Shown in pieces: positions 37,826 to 46,174 of a stretch of DNA of 46,174 bases. The position numbers and the translations under genes are program-made. How positions within the stretch are numbered: the first letter of the stretch is position 1; each line of letters starts with the position of its first letter. This stretch comes from a bacterium (GTDB lineage: Bacteria; Krumholzibacteriota; Krumholzibacteriia; G020349025), in assembly GCA_031362565.1 (NCBI GenBank), contig JANLSU010000011.1, positions 1 to 46,174 of the forward strand, read 5' to 3'. The notes under the pieces are model-generated. The model saw only the letters and a program-made list of their open reading frames with translations, made no database searches and was not told the DNA's origin.

Positions 37826-40642
37826 ATGGACGGAACCACGCTGTCGCATTACAGCATCCTCGCGACACTCGGCGAGGGTGGCATGGGAGTCGTGCACCTG
37901 GCGGAAGACCAGGTGCTGCACCGCCGTGTCGCGCTCAAGGTGCTGCGTCCGGAGAGCGTCGGCGACGAAGGACGGCGGGCCCGCTTTCTGCAGGAGGCGC
38001 GCTCGGCCGCGGCGCTCAATCACCCACATATCGCCACGATCTATGAGGCGAACGAAATCAATGGCACCCTCTTCATCGCGATGGAGCTGATCGAGGGGCA
38101 GAACCTGCGCAGCGTGCTTCGCGAGCCCATGCCGCTGGCGCGCGCTCTCGACATCGCAACGCAAATGGCGGACGGACTCGCGCACGCCCACGCACACCGC
38201 GTCGTCCACCGTGACCTGAAACCCGAAAACGTCATGGTCACGCCGAGTGGCCGCGTCAAGATCCTCGACTTCGGATTGGCCAAGGTGACGACGTCGGCCC
38301 ACGACGCCACGGCGACGATGCTTGCCGCACAATCGACCGCCGCCGGACAGTTGACGGTCCAGGGCCAGTTGATGGGCACACCCGCCTACATGTCGCCCGA
38401 GCAAGCGCGCGGCCAGGAAGTGGATTTCCGCTCCGACGTCTTCTCCTTCGGCAGCACGCTGTACGAAATGTGTACCGGAAAACCCAGCTTCTTCGGGCCG
38501 TCCCAGCTCGACACGCTGAGCGCCATCCTGCACGTCAATCCACCACCGCTATCGCACGTCGTCACCGGGGCGCCACCGGCGCTCGAAGACATCATCACCC
38601 GCTGCCTCGCGAAGGACCCGGCTGAGCGCTATGCGAGCACCGATGATCTAGTCGCCGAACTGCGCCAAGTGGATTTGACCGCCAAACCGCGCCGCCGGCG
38701 CGGCGCGATCCCACGGCGCAAATTGGCGATCGGGGCCGGCGCCACGGCAGCGAGCGCCGCCGCACTGGCCGCCGGCCTGTGGCTTCGCCCGGAGTTCGGT
38801 GGAGGAACACAGCATCCAGGCGGCGCCACTGATTGGATTCTGGTCTCCGACTTCGAGGGCACTTCGCAAACCCCGGGTTTGGCGGAAGCCTCGCGCGAAT
38901 TGGTGGCCGCAGCACTTGGACAGTCGTCGATCGTGACACCTCTGTCGCGCGCCCAAGTGCAACGCGGCGTTCGCATGGCGAGCCTTCCTGACACGACCCG
39001 GGTCACCGGGGAAGTGGCGCGTGAGCTCGCGTACCGAGCTTCAGCACACACCTATGTCGATGGGCGGGTCGACCAAATTGGGTCGAGGTACTCCATCGTG
39101 CTGAATGTCATCGATGCCAAGACCCGCAGCACGCTGCACACGTTGAATGGCGTTGCCAACACCGAAGCCGAGTTCATCGACACGATGGAGAATCTGTCGC
39201 ACCAGCTGCGCGAGAAGCTGGGCGAAAAGCGGTCCGCGGTACGTTCGACGGCCCGTTTGCGGGAAATCATCACCCCGTCATTCGATGCCTTCCAGATCTA
39301 CGTGCGGGCCATCGAGATGCATCGGCAGCGCAAGTACAAGAACAGTAACCAGCTCTTGCGCCAAGCGCTGGCCCTCGATCCAGAGTTCGCGTCAGCCGAG
39401 AAGTTGCGAGCCCTCAACTACTCCAACCTGGGATTCGCGGATTCCGCACGCATGTCCTATGAAGCTGCTCTCCGGAGCCCGGCACGGCTGACCGCCGAGG
39501 AACGCCTCGACTTGCAATTTTTCGACGCCCGCGAAGTGCGTTACGACCTCCGAGGCGCGTTGGAGATCTCGGCTGCGCTCCTGAAGTTGCCACATGTTAC
39601 GACTGGGTTCCTGAGCAATCGCGGCACCGTACAATTCAACTTGGGACGTTACGAGGATGCGCTCGCAACCCAAGATTCAGGGATCGCGAGATCGCTCTTT
39701 GGCGCTTCGGAGCTTCTGCGGTTGAACAACTTCAAGACGCTGATGCAGCTGGGGCGGTACGACCGCGCCCGGGCGGTGCGCGACAGCTTGACTGGGTCGA
39801 ACGCGGCGATCGCCGCGCTCGAGTACGCAGTGTGCCGCACTGACTGGCAGGGCGCCGACAGTTTAGCAGCGCGATTGCAACACGATCCGAGCGCCGACAA
39901 CCGCTTCCAGGCCGCGTTGGCCGTCGCGGCAATGTCGGCGCGCCGCGGGGCGATCACTGTGGCAGCGCACAATCTCGAAGCGATGATCTCACAGGCACCG
40001 AACCGTTTCTGGGCAGACGTGGCGCGGATCGCGCGAGTTCAGCTTGGCATCTGCGCCGGAACACCCGTGCCACCGAATGCGCCGTTCCTGGCCGACACCA
40101 CCATGGCCTGCACGATCGTGCGCGGGATCGCGGCGGCCGCCGCCGGCGACATGCCGGCACAGTCCCCCATCCGCCAAAGTGCTCGGAACCGCGGCGGCCC
40201 AGAAAAGCGGCGGTACGAAGCTGATCTTCAGGTCATGGACGCGTGGGGGGCCGCAAGCGCCGGAAACCTCGAAACCGAACTGCCCGGGCTGGAACCGGCG
40301 ATGAGAAGCGGAACGGGCCCCTGGTTCTGCGGCCGGGTGCCATTGCGCTGGCTCATCGCGACAGCCCACGATCGCGCCGGGCGCACGGATGCGGCGATTC
40401 GCGGTTACGAGCTGGTCCTGAGTTCGGAACGGCTCCATCAGGATGCTTGGATGTGGTGGCCACTGACGCAGCCGTTCGCACACTTGCGGCTGGCCGCTCT
40501 GCTGGCGAAGGCAGGCAGGCGCGCTGATGCCGAATCGCACGCCCGCGCGGTTCTCGAGAGTTTGACCGAGCCCGACTCCCAGGGCGCGCGGCTTGTGGCT
40601 GAAGCACAAGCCGTACTTGCGGGGGCACCGCCGCAGCCGTAA
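37826..40642 (+). CDS. Hanks-type Ser/Thr protein kinase with TM segment and C-terminal TolB-N-like/TPR region
   Basis: LGEGGMGVV, VALKVL, HRDLKPENVM, KILDFGLAK, GTPAYMSPEQ, DVFSFG; TPR-like ALALDPEFA repeats. Confidence 0.93.
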   Translation: MDGTTLSHYSILATLGEGGMGVVHLAEDQVLHRRVALKVLRPESVGDEGRRARFLQEARSAAALNHPHIATIYEANEINGTLFIAMELIEGQNLRSVLREPMPLARALDIATQMADGLAHAHAHRVVHRDLKPENVMVTPSGRVKILDFGLAKVTTSAHDATATMLAAQSTAAGQLTVQGQLMGTPAYMSPEQARGQEVDFRSDVFSFGSTLYEMCTGKPSFFGPSQLDTLSAILHVNPPPLSHVVTGAPPALEDIITRCLAKDPAERYASTDDLVAELRQVDLTAKPRRRRGAIPRRKLAIGAGATAASAAALAAGLWLRPEFGGGTQHPGGATDWILVSDFEGTSQTPGLAEASRELVAAALGQSSIVTPLSRAQVQRGVRMASLPDTTRVTGEVARELAYRASAHTYVDGRVDQIGSRYSIVLNVIDAKTRSTLHTLNGVANTEAEFIDTMENLSHQLREKLGEKRSAVRSTARLREIITPSFDAFQIYVRAIEMHRQRKYKNSNQLLRQALALDPEFASAEKLRALNYSNLGFADSARMSYEAALRSPARLTAEERLDLQFFDAREVRYDLRGALEISAALLKLPHVTTGFLSNRGTVQFNLGRYEDALATQDSGIARSLFGASELLRLNNFKTLMQLGRYDRARAVRDSLTGSNAAIAALEYAVCRTDWQGADSLAARLQHDPSADNRFQAALAVAAMSARRGAITVAAHNLEAMISQAPNRFWADVARIARVQLGICAGTPVPPNAPFLADTTMACTIVRGIAAAAAGDMPAQSPIRQSARNRGGPEKRRYEADLQVMDAWGAASAGNLETELPGLEPAMRSGTGPWFCGRVPLRWLIATAHDRAGRTDAAIRGYELVLSSERLHQDAWMWWPLTQPFAHLRLAALLAKAGRRADAESHARAVLESLTEPDSQGARLVAEAQAVLAGAPPQP

Positions 40643-40764
40643 CCGCGGACGGGCTCCCGAACGGCGACCTTGCCCGTTAGGCGAAGTATGCACTACCCTT
40701 GGTTCTGACCCGCCCCCGAGAGTGTCGTGTCACCTTGTGTTTCCTCAGCCGTTAGGGGCCCCTC

Positions 40765-41595
40765 ATGCATCGCTCGCTCGTTGTATTCGCTCTCGCTCTT
40801 GGAATGGCCCAGGCCGCCGGGGCCGCAACCATCACGGCCTCCGCCAGTGTCGGGCCCGCGGCAAGCCCCGTGACCGACGTGGATGGCCCGGCGATCAGCG
40901 GCCAAGTTTTGGCCGGAGTGGTCGTGCCGTTGGCGTTTCGGAACCTGGAGGCGCACTCGGCACTGGACGTCGACGGGAACTCTGCCGTGTCCCTCACCGG
41001 TGTCTATCTTTCGGCCGGCAAGCCGCACGTCGCCGGAATCGATTACCCGCAGTTGACTGACGCCGTGACAACCTGGACCACCACCGTCACCAACAACACC
41101 GGCTCGTCGCACCCTTATTTCTACTCGTTCTTGCTGCATCCGTTTACGCTCGAGAACTATGACAACGGCATTGGCAACACCGACCCGCTGGCAACGGAGA
41201 CCTCGTTCGCCGTCGAAGTACGCGCCAATGGCAATACGGTGTTCCAAGCGGGCGCGCTCCTCCGGGGCGCGCTTACCAGCTACGAGCTCACGAAGACAGG
41301 AACGGATCTGGGTGGCGTGTTCGCGAACAACGAATTCGCGATTCGCTACGACTTCGCCCAGCACCAAGCCAGGATCGCGCTCGGCAACGCGGCGCCGGGC
41401 GAAAGCATCACCATCGAGACGAAGCTCATCGCGCACACCAAAGCCACTCAAGACGGCTCCGGCGGCAACGTCACGATGGGCGATCCCCTCGACCTCAAGG
41501 GCGATCCGGGCATCTCGTCGGTGATTTTCGGAATCGACGACTCGGTGGGCGCTGCTCCGTTGTCGTGGAGTGCGACGAAGAGCCTCTACCGCTGA
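40765..41595 (+). CDS. Hypothetical secreted protein with W-x3-K-x-LYR tail
   Basis: AGGGG RBS; signal peptide MHRSLVVFALALGMAQAAGA; beta-rich body; ends SVGAAPLSWSATKSLYR; followed by a terminator. Confidence 0.78.
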   Translation: MHRSLVVFALALGMAQAAGAATITASASVGPAASPVTDVDGPAISGQVLAGVVVPLAFRNLEAHSALDVDGNSAVSLTGVYLSAGKPHVAGIDYPQLTDAVTTWTTTVTNNTGSSHPYFYSFLLHPFTLENYDNGIGNTDPLATETSFAVEVRANGNTVFQAGALLRGALTSYELTKTGTDLGGVFANNEFAIRYDFAQHQARIALGNAAPGESITIETKLIAHTKATQDGSGGNVTMGDPLDLKGDPGISSVIFGIDDSVGAAPLSWSATKSLYR

Positions 41596-41611
41596 ACAAA
41601 AGGAACGAGTA

Positions 41612-43168
41612 TCAAGGCCTCCTGCCACCGACGGGTGGCAGGAGGCTTTTTGTTTGGTTGGCGGTCAGAGTGCGCGTGAGATGTGGATCGATCGCGGCCG
41701 CTTCGCGGAGGAACGGCTCGGCGGCGGCAGCCTGGTGGTACTGAATGCGCTGTAAGCCGGCGCCGACCAGGCCCGCGACCAGATTGTGACGCGCTTTAGC
41801 CTCGAGGTCAGGGTCGGCGGGCCGCCGCGCCAGAACGCGCCGGCTGACGCGAATCGCGCCGTCCGGATCGTTGCTGTTCAAGAGAAACACCGCCAAGTTG
41901 TTCTGCGCCGGCAGGTACTCCGGAAATGCCTCGCCCAACGATTGCATGGCCTGGTCCTGCGTCAAACTGGGATGGGCGTGGGTCATGCCGAGACCGGCTG
42001 CCACCGCGATGAGCGCCGCCCAGCTCAGACCCTGCGGCACCCAGCGCCGGATGGTGCCGTGACGGACCGGTGAGATCTCTCTGCCGCCATCGAGGCCGAG
42101 AAGAACGCGCGTCGGCTTCTCCTTCACCTTCCAGATGAAACTGTCGTAATAGAAGTGCAGCAGCGTCGAGGCCGCGAGTGTCGCGGTGAACAACGCGCTC
42201 AGTGTTGCGGACGGCAACTTGGGCAGCAAGCTGAGAGCACCGTAGGCGAACACCATGCCGACATAGAGCACTACGAGGGCTCGCCGGTCACGGAAGACGT
42301 AGCGCGTGAAGGCGCCGACCTTGGCATCGGTCTCGACACGGCGGCGGTTGTACGTCCACACGATGGCGAGATATTGCACGTCGTGGAACACTTCGAAGAG
42401 TGCGATCCCGACCAGCATGTTGCTGACGACCGCATTGGTGTACCACCAGAAGCCGATACTCGTCGCCAAGAGCAGCAATTTGACCGCGCTCGGGTGTTGG
42501 CCGGCGCGGCGCATGCGGATCATGTTGGCAAGAAAGGCCAAGGTCACCAGACCCGTCGCCGCGCCCCACACGACTTGCAGGTCGTGAACGAGGCCGGGCG
42601 GCACGCTCGGCCCGCCGCTGGCGTAGAACTTCTGCAAAATGTGATGCAAGCGCGACGTCGAGAAAAAGACCCCGGCGCCGTACCAGGTGATGCACATCCA
42701 CTGGTCGAGCCGCACGGTCAACGCTCCGAACGAGCGCACTTTGGCGTCATAGATCCGCAGGAAGCCGTGCGTCTGCATGAGGCCATGCCACACGCCCCAG
42801 AAGTACGTGATCAAGACGATCGGGCTCATGACGGCGTCGTCGAGCGCAAAGACGGCGCACAGCGTCACCAAGAACACCGGCGCAACGATGAAGCGGGTGC
42901 GGAAGCGCGCCCACAGGGCGCGATCCCCATACGCCCGCATCATGCCGGGAAGATGGTGGCCGAGGGCGCCGAATGCCATGACCAGCCCGTAGAGCGTCTT
43001 GCCGCTCCACACGCGCTCGGCGACGAGCGCCACGGGCAGGATGAGCGCCGGAGTGCCGATGAAAAGCAGCAGGTCCTGCCAAGGACGCAGGATCCACCGC
43101 GACACCGGCAACGGAATGGCAGCACCCGCGGACGCGGCGCCATCGGCGCGTGCTTCCACGAGGCGCAT
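41612..43168 (-). CDS. Polytopic membrane protein with spaced His motifs and a short C-terminal TPR region
   Basis: Many TM segments; GHHLPG, WHGLMQTHGF, FHDVQYL, LHFYYDSFIWK; AQNNLA..AIR and ARHNL TPR-like helices. Confidence 0.72.
   Translation of the reverse strand: MRLVEARADGAASAGAAIPLPVSRWILRPWQDLLLFIGTPALILPVALVAERVWSGKTLYGLVMAFGALGHHLPGMMRAYGDRALWARFRTRFIVAPVFLVTLCAVFALDDAVMSPIVLITYFWGVWHGLMQTHGFLRIYDAKVRSFGALTVRLDQWMCITWYGAGVFFSTSRLHHILQKFYASGGPSVPPGLVHDLQVVWGAATGLVTLAFLANMIRMRRAGQHPSAVKLLLLATSIGFWWYTNAVVSNMLVGIALFEVFHDVQYLAIVWTYNRRRVETDAKVGAFTRYVFRDRRALVVLYVGMVFAYGALSLLPKLPSATLSALFTATLAASTLLHFYYDSFIWKVKEKPTRVLLGLDGGREISPVRHGTIRRWVPQGLSWAALIAVAAGLGMTHAHPSLTQDQAMQSLGEAFPEYLPAQNNLAVFLLNSNDPDGAIRVSRRVLARRPADPDLEAKARHNLVAGLVGAGLQRIQYHQAAAAEPFLREAAAIDPHLTRTLTANQTKSLLPPVGGRRP
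41617..41655 (+). terminator. Rho-independent terminator
   Basis: GCCTCCTGCCACC-GACG-GGTGGCAGGAGGC (perfect 13-bp stem) followed by TTTTTGTTT, about 20 bp after the stop at 41595. Confidence 0.9.
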
Positions 43169-43349
43169 GGCGGTACGCGCACGCGCTTGCCTGCCGCTCT
43201 GAAAGCGGTCGGCCCCAGTGCGGGTCCCCAGGACGATCTCCGAGCGGCGAGGTCACGATCCGGAAAAGTTCAGAGGCGAGTCTGGCGAGGAGTGGATCAT
43301 ACGCGGCGGCCGAATCGATCGTCAAGCGTCCAACGAGATGCCTAGCCGC

Positions 43350-44822
43350 TCAGGCGCTGCGGCGCGCCGGCAATGGTGCGTCGCGCAACGGGCTCCAACG
43401 CTCGGGGTCCGCAGAATAGATGTCGTTCCAGCGCTGCACCTGACCGGTGCGAATTTGCATCGCCAAGCGGCTCCAGTGCAAATCCCGGCGCCAGAGGTCG
43501 AAGGTACGCCACGGATGCCGCATCGCATGCAGCACGCGAGCGATCCGGCCCGTCGGGAGCGGCTTGCGGCCGAGAAGTGACAAGAGCGCGCCGCGGAGCA
43601 AGAGGTCGCGCGAGCTGCCGTGCAAGCTGCCGCCGTAGCCGATGCTGAGCGACTCGTAGCCGAAGTCCTGCAGCGCCCACGCCTCGAGCACGTCGAGCCG
43701 GGTCGCGAGCACGAGCGGTGCAAGGCGCAGCCGGTCGCACCGGTCGACGTGGATGGCACGGGTCGTCGAATCCACCAAGATCGAATACTCCGGCAGGTCG
43801 GTCAGGTCGATCCGGCAGAGGAGGTGCTGTCCGGCGCTCAACACGCGCCCGGCACGTTCAGTGGCATTCTGGCGCAACGCGTCGAGGATTTTCTGCAAGC
43901 GCGGCGCGTCCATCGCTTGGCGGGTGCGGAGCACCGCGATTTCGGCGGCATACACCCGGTCGATTTCGGCCTCCGCAGCCTCACAATCGGGGCGTTCGTT
44001 GCCGCCGGTGGCGATGCGATCGTCGATGACCCGGTCGCCGGGCATCAAGAAGTGGGTGAGAATGTGCCCCGCCCCTTGGCGTTGCAATTCGGCACACGGC
44101 GACGGCGCGTCATAACGCGTTTCGTTGATCCAACGCAGCCGGTCCTCGAGCAAGATGAACGATGCCGCAAAGGGCAGCGCCATGCGCGCATCGAGGCGGC
44201 GTGCCACGTAGGCGAAATTTTCGGCAAAGACCCGTTCGCGCGCCACGGCGTCGTACCCCGGCATGTCGGTAATGTGCATGCAATTGGGAAACCACGAGGC
44301 GCCACCATAGCCGAGCAAGAGCGTGTCGACGCGTTGGTGGCGGGCGAGAATCTGTTCGCAGAAGTGATCGATGACGTGCCGCGCGCTCGCATGGAGCGCA
44401 TCGTTGGCGTTGACGATCGTGCGGCCTTCCGCCTGCATGACGAGAATCGTGTCGTCTTTGTTGGCGTATAGCGTCGCTTCGAAACCCGGCGCCAAACGCC
44501 GCGTCTGTCCATGCCCCATTTCGATGATGCGTTCGAAACCGAGTGAACGGAGAAAATCGCGCAGTCCGGTGTCCGGCACGCGCGGCACGATCAGCGTCGC
44601 CGTGCGCGCGATCTTCGACAGGGTCGGAATGTGCAGGTGATCCTCGTGGCCGTGCGAAATATAAACATAGTCGGGCGCCGCGTCGGACGCATCGGGCGCC
44701 GGCAGCGGATACGGATACCACTGGCCGGTGTACGCCGGCCCGCTCCACCAGGGGTCGCACAGGACGCGGATGCCTGCGGCTTCGACGCAAATACTCGCAT
44801 GGCCGATGTAGCGAATCAGCAT
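43350..44822 (-). CDS. Metallo-beta-lactamase-fold protein, UlaG/CMP-Neu5Ac-hydroxylase-like
   Basis: IRYIGHAS, LCDPWWSGPAY.GQW, YISHGHEDHLH, NANDA, YGGASWFP, LPFAASF; GGAG RBS before ATG 44822. Confidence 0.82.
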   Translation of the reverse strand: MLIRYIGHASICVEAAGIRVLCDPWWSGPAYTGQWYPYPLPAPDASDAAPDYVYISHGHEDHLHIPTLSKIARTATLIVPRVPDTGLRDFLRSLGFERIIEMGHGQTRRLAPGFEATLYANKDDTILVMQAEGRTIVNANDALHASARHVIDHFCEQILARHQRVDTLLLGYGGASWFPNCMHITDMPGYDAVARERVFAENFAYVARRLDARMALPFAASFILLEDRLRWINETRYDAPSPCAELQRQGAGHILTHFLMPGDRVIDDRIATGGNERPDCEAAEAEIDRVYAAEIAVLRTRQAMDAPRLQKILDALRQNATERAGRVLSAGQHLLCRIDLTDLPEYSILVDSTTRAIHVDRCDRLRLAPLVLATRLDVLEAWALQDFGYESLSIGYGGSLHGSSRDLLLRGALLSLLGRKPLPTGRIARVLHAMRHPWRTFDLWRRDLHWSRLAMQIRTGQVQRWNDIYSADPERWSPLRDAPLPARRSA

Positions 44823-45162
44823 GACGAACTCCAAGGTGGACAGGGCGAGGGCCATCTTGTGGCGCAGAAGAGAGCACGCGGATGAAGGCGATCTCGTAGC
44901 GCAGCTTGGCGCCTCGATGTGAGGACGCCCTGGGGCATGACGGCGGTTGCAACCATCGGGCCCGCCTGGAACACGCCCCAACGCCACTCGAACGAGAACG
45001 CCAGGGCACGATCGGTCACGCCCCCCGGCAGGCGCGACCTGGGCGGGTGGGGCGGGCGCCCCAGTTGACCCCGGCGTCCGGGTGAACCGGCGCCGTGCCA
45101 CGCTCTCCGCCCGTCGACCCTCCAGTCAGCCCCCGACGCGGTCAACCCGGCCCGGTCTCCGA

Positions 45163-45206
45163 CAATGTCTGGTATACTAGACATTGAGTCTGGTATACCG
45201 TACTCT
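45163..45206 (+). promoter_or_regulatory. Tandem palindromic operators overlapping a sigma70-type promoter
   Basis: CAATGTCTGGTATACTAGACATTG (45163-45186, near-perfect palindrome) and GAGTCTGGTATACCGTACTC (45186-45205) share GTCTGGTATAC at 21-bp spacing. TAGACA (45178-45183)-N17-TACTCT (45201-45206). Confidence 0.75.
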
Positions 45207-45258
45207 TGGTGTGAGCGAACAGGCTCGCCTCGCGGCCTTCAATCGGAGGATTTCGGCC

Positions 45259-45708
45259 ATGTGTTTCCGCGAAAAGAGCGCCTGGGTCGCGCTGATTTCG
45301 ACCCTGGCTGTCTTCGTCCCCTATTTTCTCTTCGTATTCCAAAAGGCCATCCAGAACGAACTCACCCGCGGTGCGGTGATCGGAGCCTTCATCGGCGCCG
45401 TCATCGCGCAAACTGTGATCCAAGTCCTGGTTCACATTGCGATCGCCATTGCGTCGAAACGCGAGCAGCAAGACGAACGGGACGCCGGCATCGATGCCGC
45501 GGCACAGCGCAACGCCTACATGGTCCTCTGTTGTCTGACGATTCTGGCCGCATTTGGATTGACCATGATGAGCGCGAGCTCCGGGTCGTCGCGTGCACCG
45601 GAGTCCCCGAACCTGGTGTTCATCGCCCAGATTTTCTATCTTTGCTTCGTGGTCGCAGAGCTGAGCAGGTTCGCAACCCAGGTGATCCGCTACCGCCTGG
45701 AGAGCTGA
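45259..45708 (+). CDS. Four-TM membrane protein (DUF2178-like)
   Basis: GGAGG RBS; M.FREK..W start; DERD..I...A.RNAY motif; adjacent to the XRE regulator. Confidence 0.75.
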   Translation: MCFREKSAWVALISTLAVFVPYFLFVFQKAIQNELTRGAVIGAFIGAVIAQTVIQVLVHIAIAIASKREQQDERDAGIDAAAQRNAYMVLCCLTILAAFGLTMMSASSGSSRAPESPNLVFIAQIFYLCFVVAELSRFATQVIRYRLES

Positions 45709-45710
45709 CC

Positions 45711-45932
45711 ATGGGCGACGCCACCGAAGTGCGCAACAGCATCCGGGAACTACGTTTTCAGACGGCCGAAATGACCCAGCAGGACTTGGCCGATCGAGTC
45801 GGTGTCACGCGGCAAACGATCGTGGCGATCGAGGGCCGAAAATACGCCCCGTCCCTCGAACTCGCGTTCCGCATCGCCGCCGTCTTCGGCAAGCCATTGG
45901 AAACCGTGTTTCAGTGGGGTCAACCGCGTTGA
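45711..45932 (+). CDS. XRE/Cro-C1 family HTH transcriptional regulator (73 aa)
   Basis: NSIRELRF..MTQQDLADRVGVTRQTIVAIEGRKYAPSLELAFRIA.VF..PLE.VF. Confidence 0.92.
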   Translation: MGDATEVRNSIRELRFQTAEMTQQDLADRVGVTRQTIVAIEGRKYAPSLELAFRIAAVFGKPLETVFQWGQPR

Positions 45933-45952
45933 GAGCTCGAAAAGGAGAGAGC

Positions 45953-46150
45953 ATGGCGGACGAAATCCAAGTGTTTCAGAAACCCACCTGCACCAAGTGC
46001 CGCGCCGCCGTCGACCTCTTACACGAGCGCGGCATCGAGTTCTGCAGCATCGACTACTACCAAGCCCCATTCACACCAGATTCCGATTCCGACTCCGACT
46101 CCGACTGGTCGCACGTCTTCGGAGGTGTGCGACCCCCGCCCGCGAGTTAA
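45953..46150 (+). pseudogene. ArsC/Spx-family thioredoxin-fold gene, truncated after about 42 codons by the repeat element
   Basis: AGGAG RBS; IQVFQKPTCTKCRAAVDLLHERGIEF..IDYY matches the family N-terminus, then runs into DSDSDSDSD encoded by the hexamer tract. Confidence 0.7.
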
Positions 46151-46167
46151 CGGGCTCGCGCATCTAA
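46076..46167 (+). repeat. Dispersed repeat element, right copy: TCCGAY hexamer tract plus 57-bp double-hairpin core
   Basis: TCCGA(T/C) at 46082, 46088, 46094, 46100. Core 46111-46167 is the inverted match of 1-57. Hairpins GGTCGCACGTC-TTCG-GAGGTGTGCGACC and CGCGAG-TTAACGGG-CTCGCG. Confidence 0.9.
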
Positions 46168-46174
46168 TATTGCG

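Noticed and set aside
40636..40682. Integron attC-like site after the kinase (GCCGTAAC ... GTTAGGC)
   Set aside because: Only 47 bp, the left box does not fit RYYYAAC, there is no L-box architecture, and no integrase or further attC sites are in the window.
46107..46140. Group II intron domain V resemblance (GTCGCACGTC..TTCGGAGG)
   Set aside because: The 5' arm with the catalytic triad (GAGCCG..) and a domain VI/AY end are missing, and there is no reverse transcriptase ORF.

Overview
GC-rich bacterial window, probably a whole contig because both ends stop in inverted copies of the same small repeat. Secreted proteins with FlgD-Ig/T9SS-like C-terminal domains and with a short W-x3-K-x-LYR C-terminal tail suggest a candidate FCB-group lineage (Krumholzibacteriota/Eisenbacteria/Latescibacterota-like; inference only). 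Main contents: (1) a compact ethylmalonyl-CoA pathway operon (epimerase, methylsuccinyl-CoA dehydrogenase, mesaconyl-CoA hydratase, a B12 mutase large subunit lacking its cobalamin-binding domain, crotonyl-CoA carboxylase/reductase); (2) a hydrazine-synthase-alpha-like monoheme propeller protein beside a large Ycf48/BNR surface protein; (3) a System II cytochrome c maturation locus (ccsB/resB, ccsA) headed by a tandem-domain lipoprotein; (4) assorted enzymes and transporters (BaiN-type flavoprotein, acyltransferase, amidohydrolase, DinB, M13 peptidase, phosphoesterase, methyltransferase, SulP, diheme cytochrome c, SthA, alpha/beta hydrolase, Ser/Thr kinase-TPR, CMAH-like MBL); (5) a membrane protein plus XRE regulator with a clear operator/promoter, and an ArsC-family gene cut by the terminal repeat. 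The best candidates for undescribed biology are the shared W-x3-K-x-LYR tail on three unrelated secreted proteins (putative protein-sorting signal), the split-mutase ethylmalonyl-CoA operon, and the hexamer-tract plus double-hairpin repeat element. No rRNA, tRNA, CRISPR array or transposase was seen. All calls come from motif recognition by eye; no searches were run.
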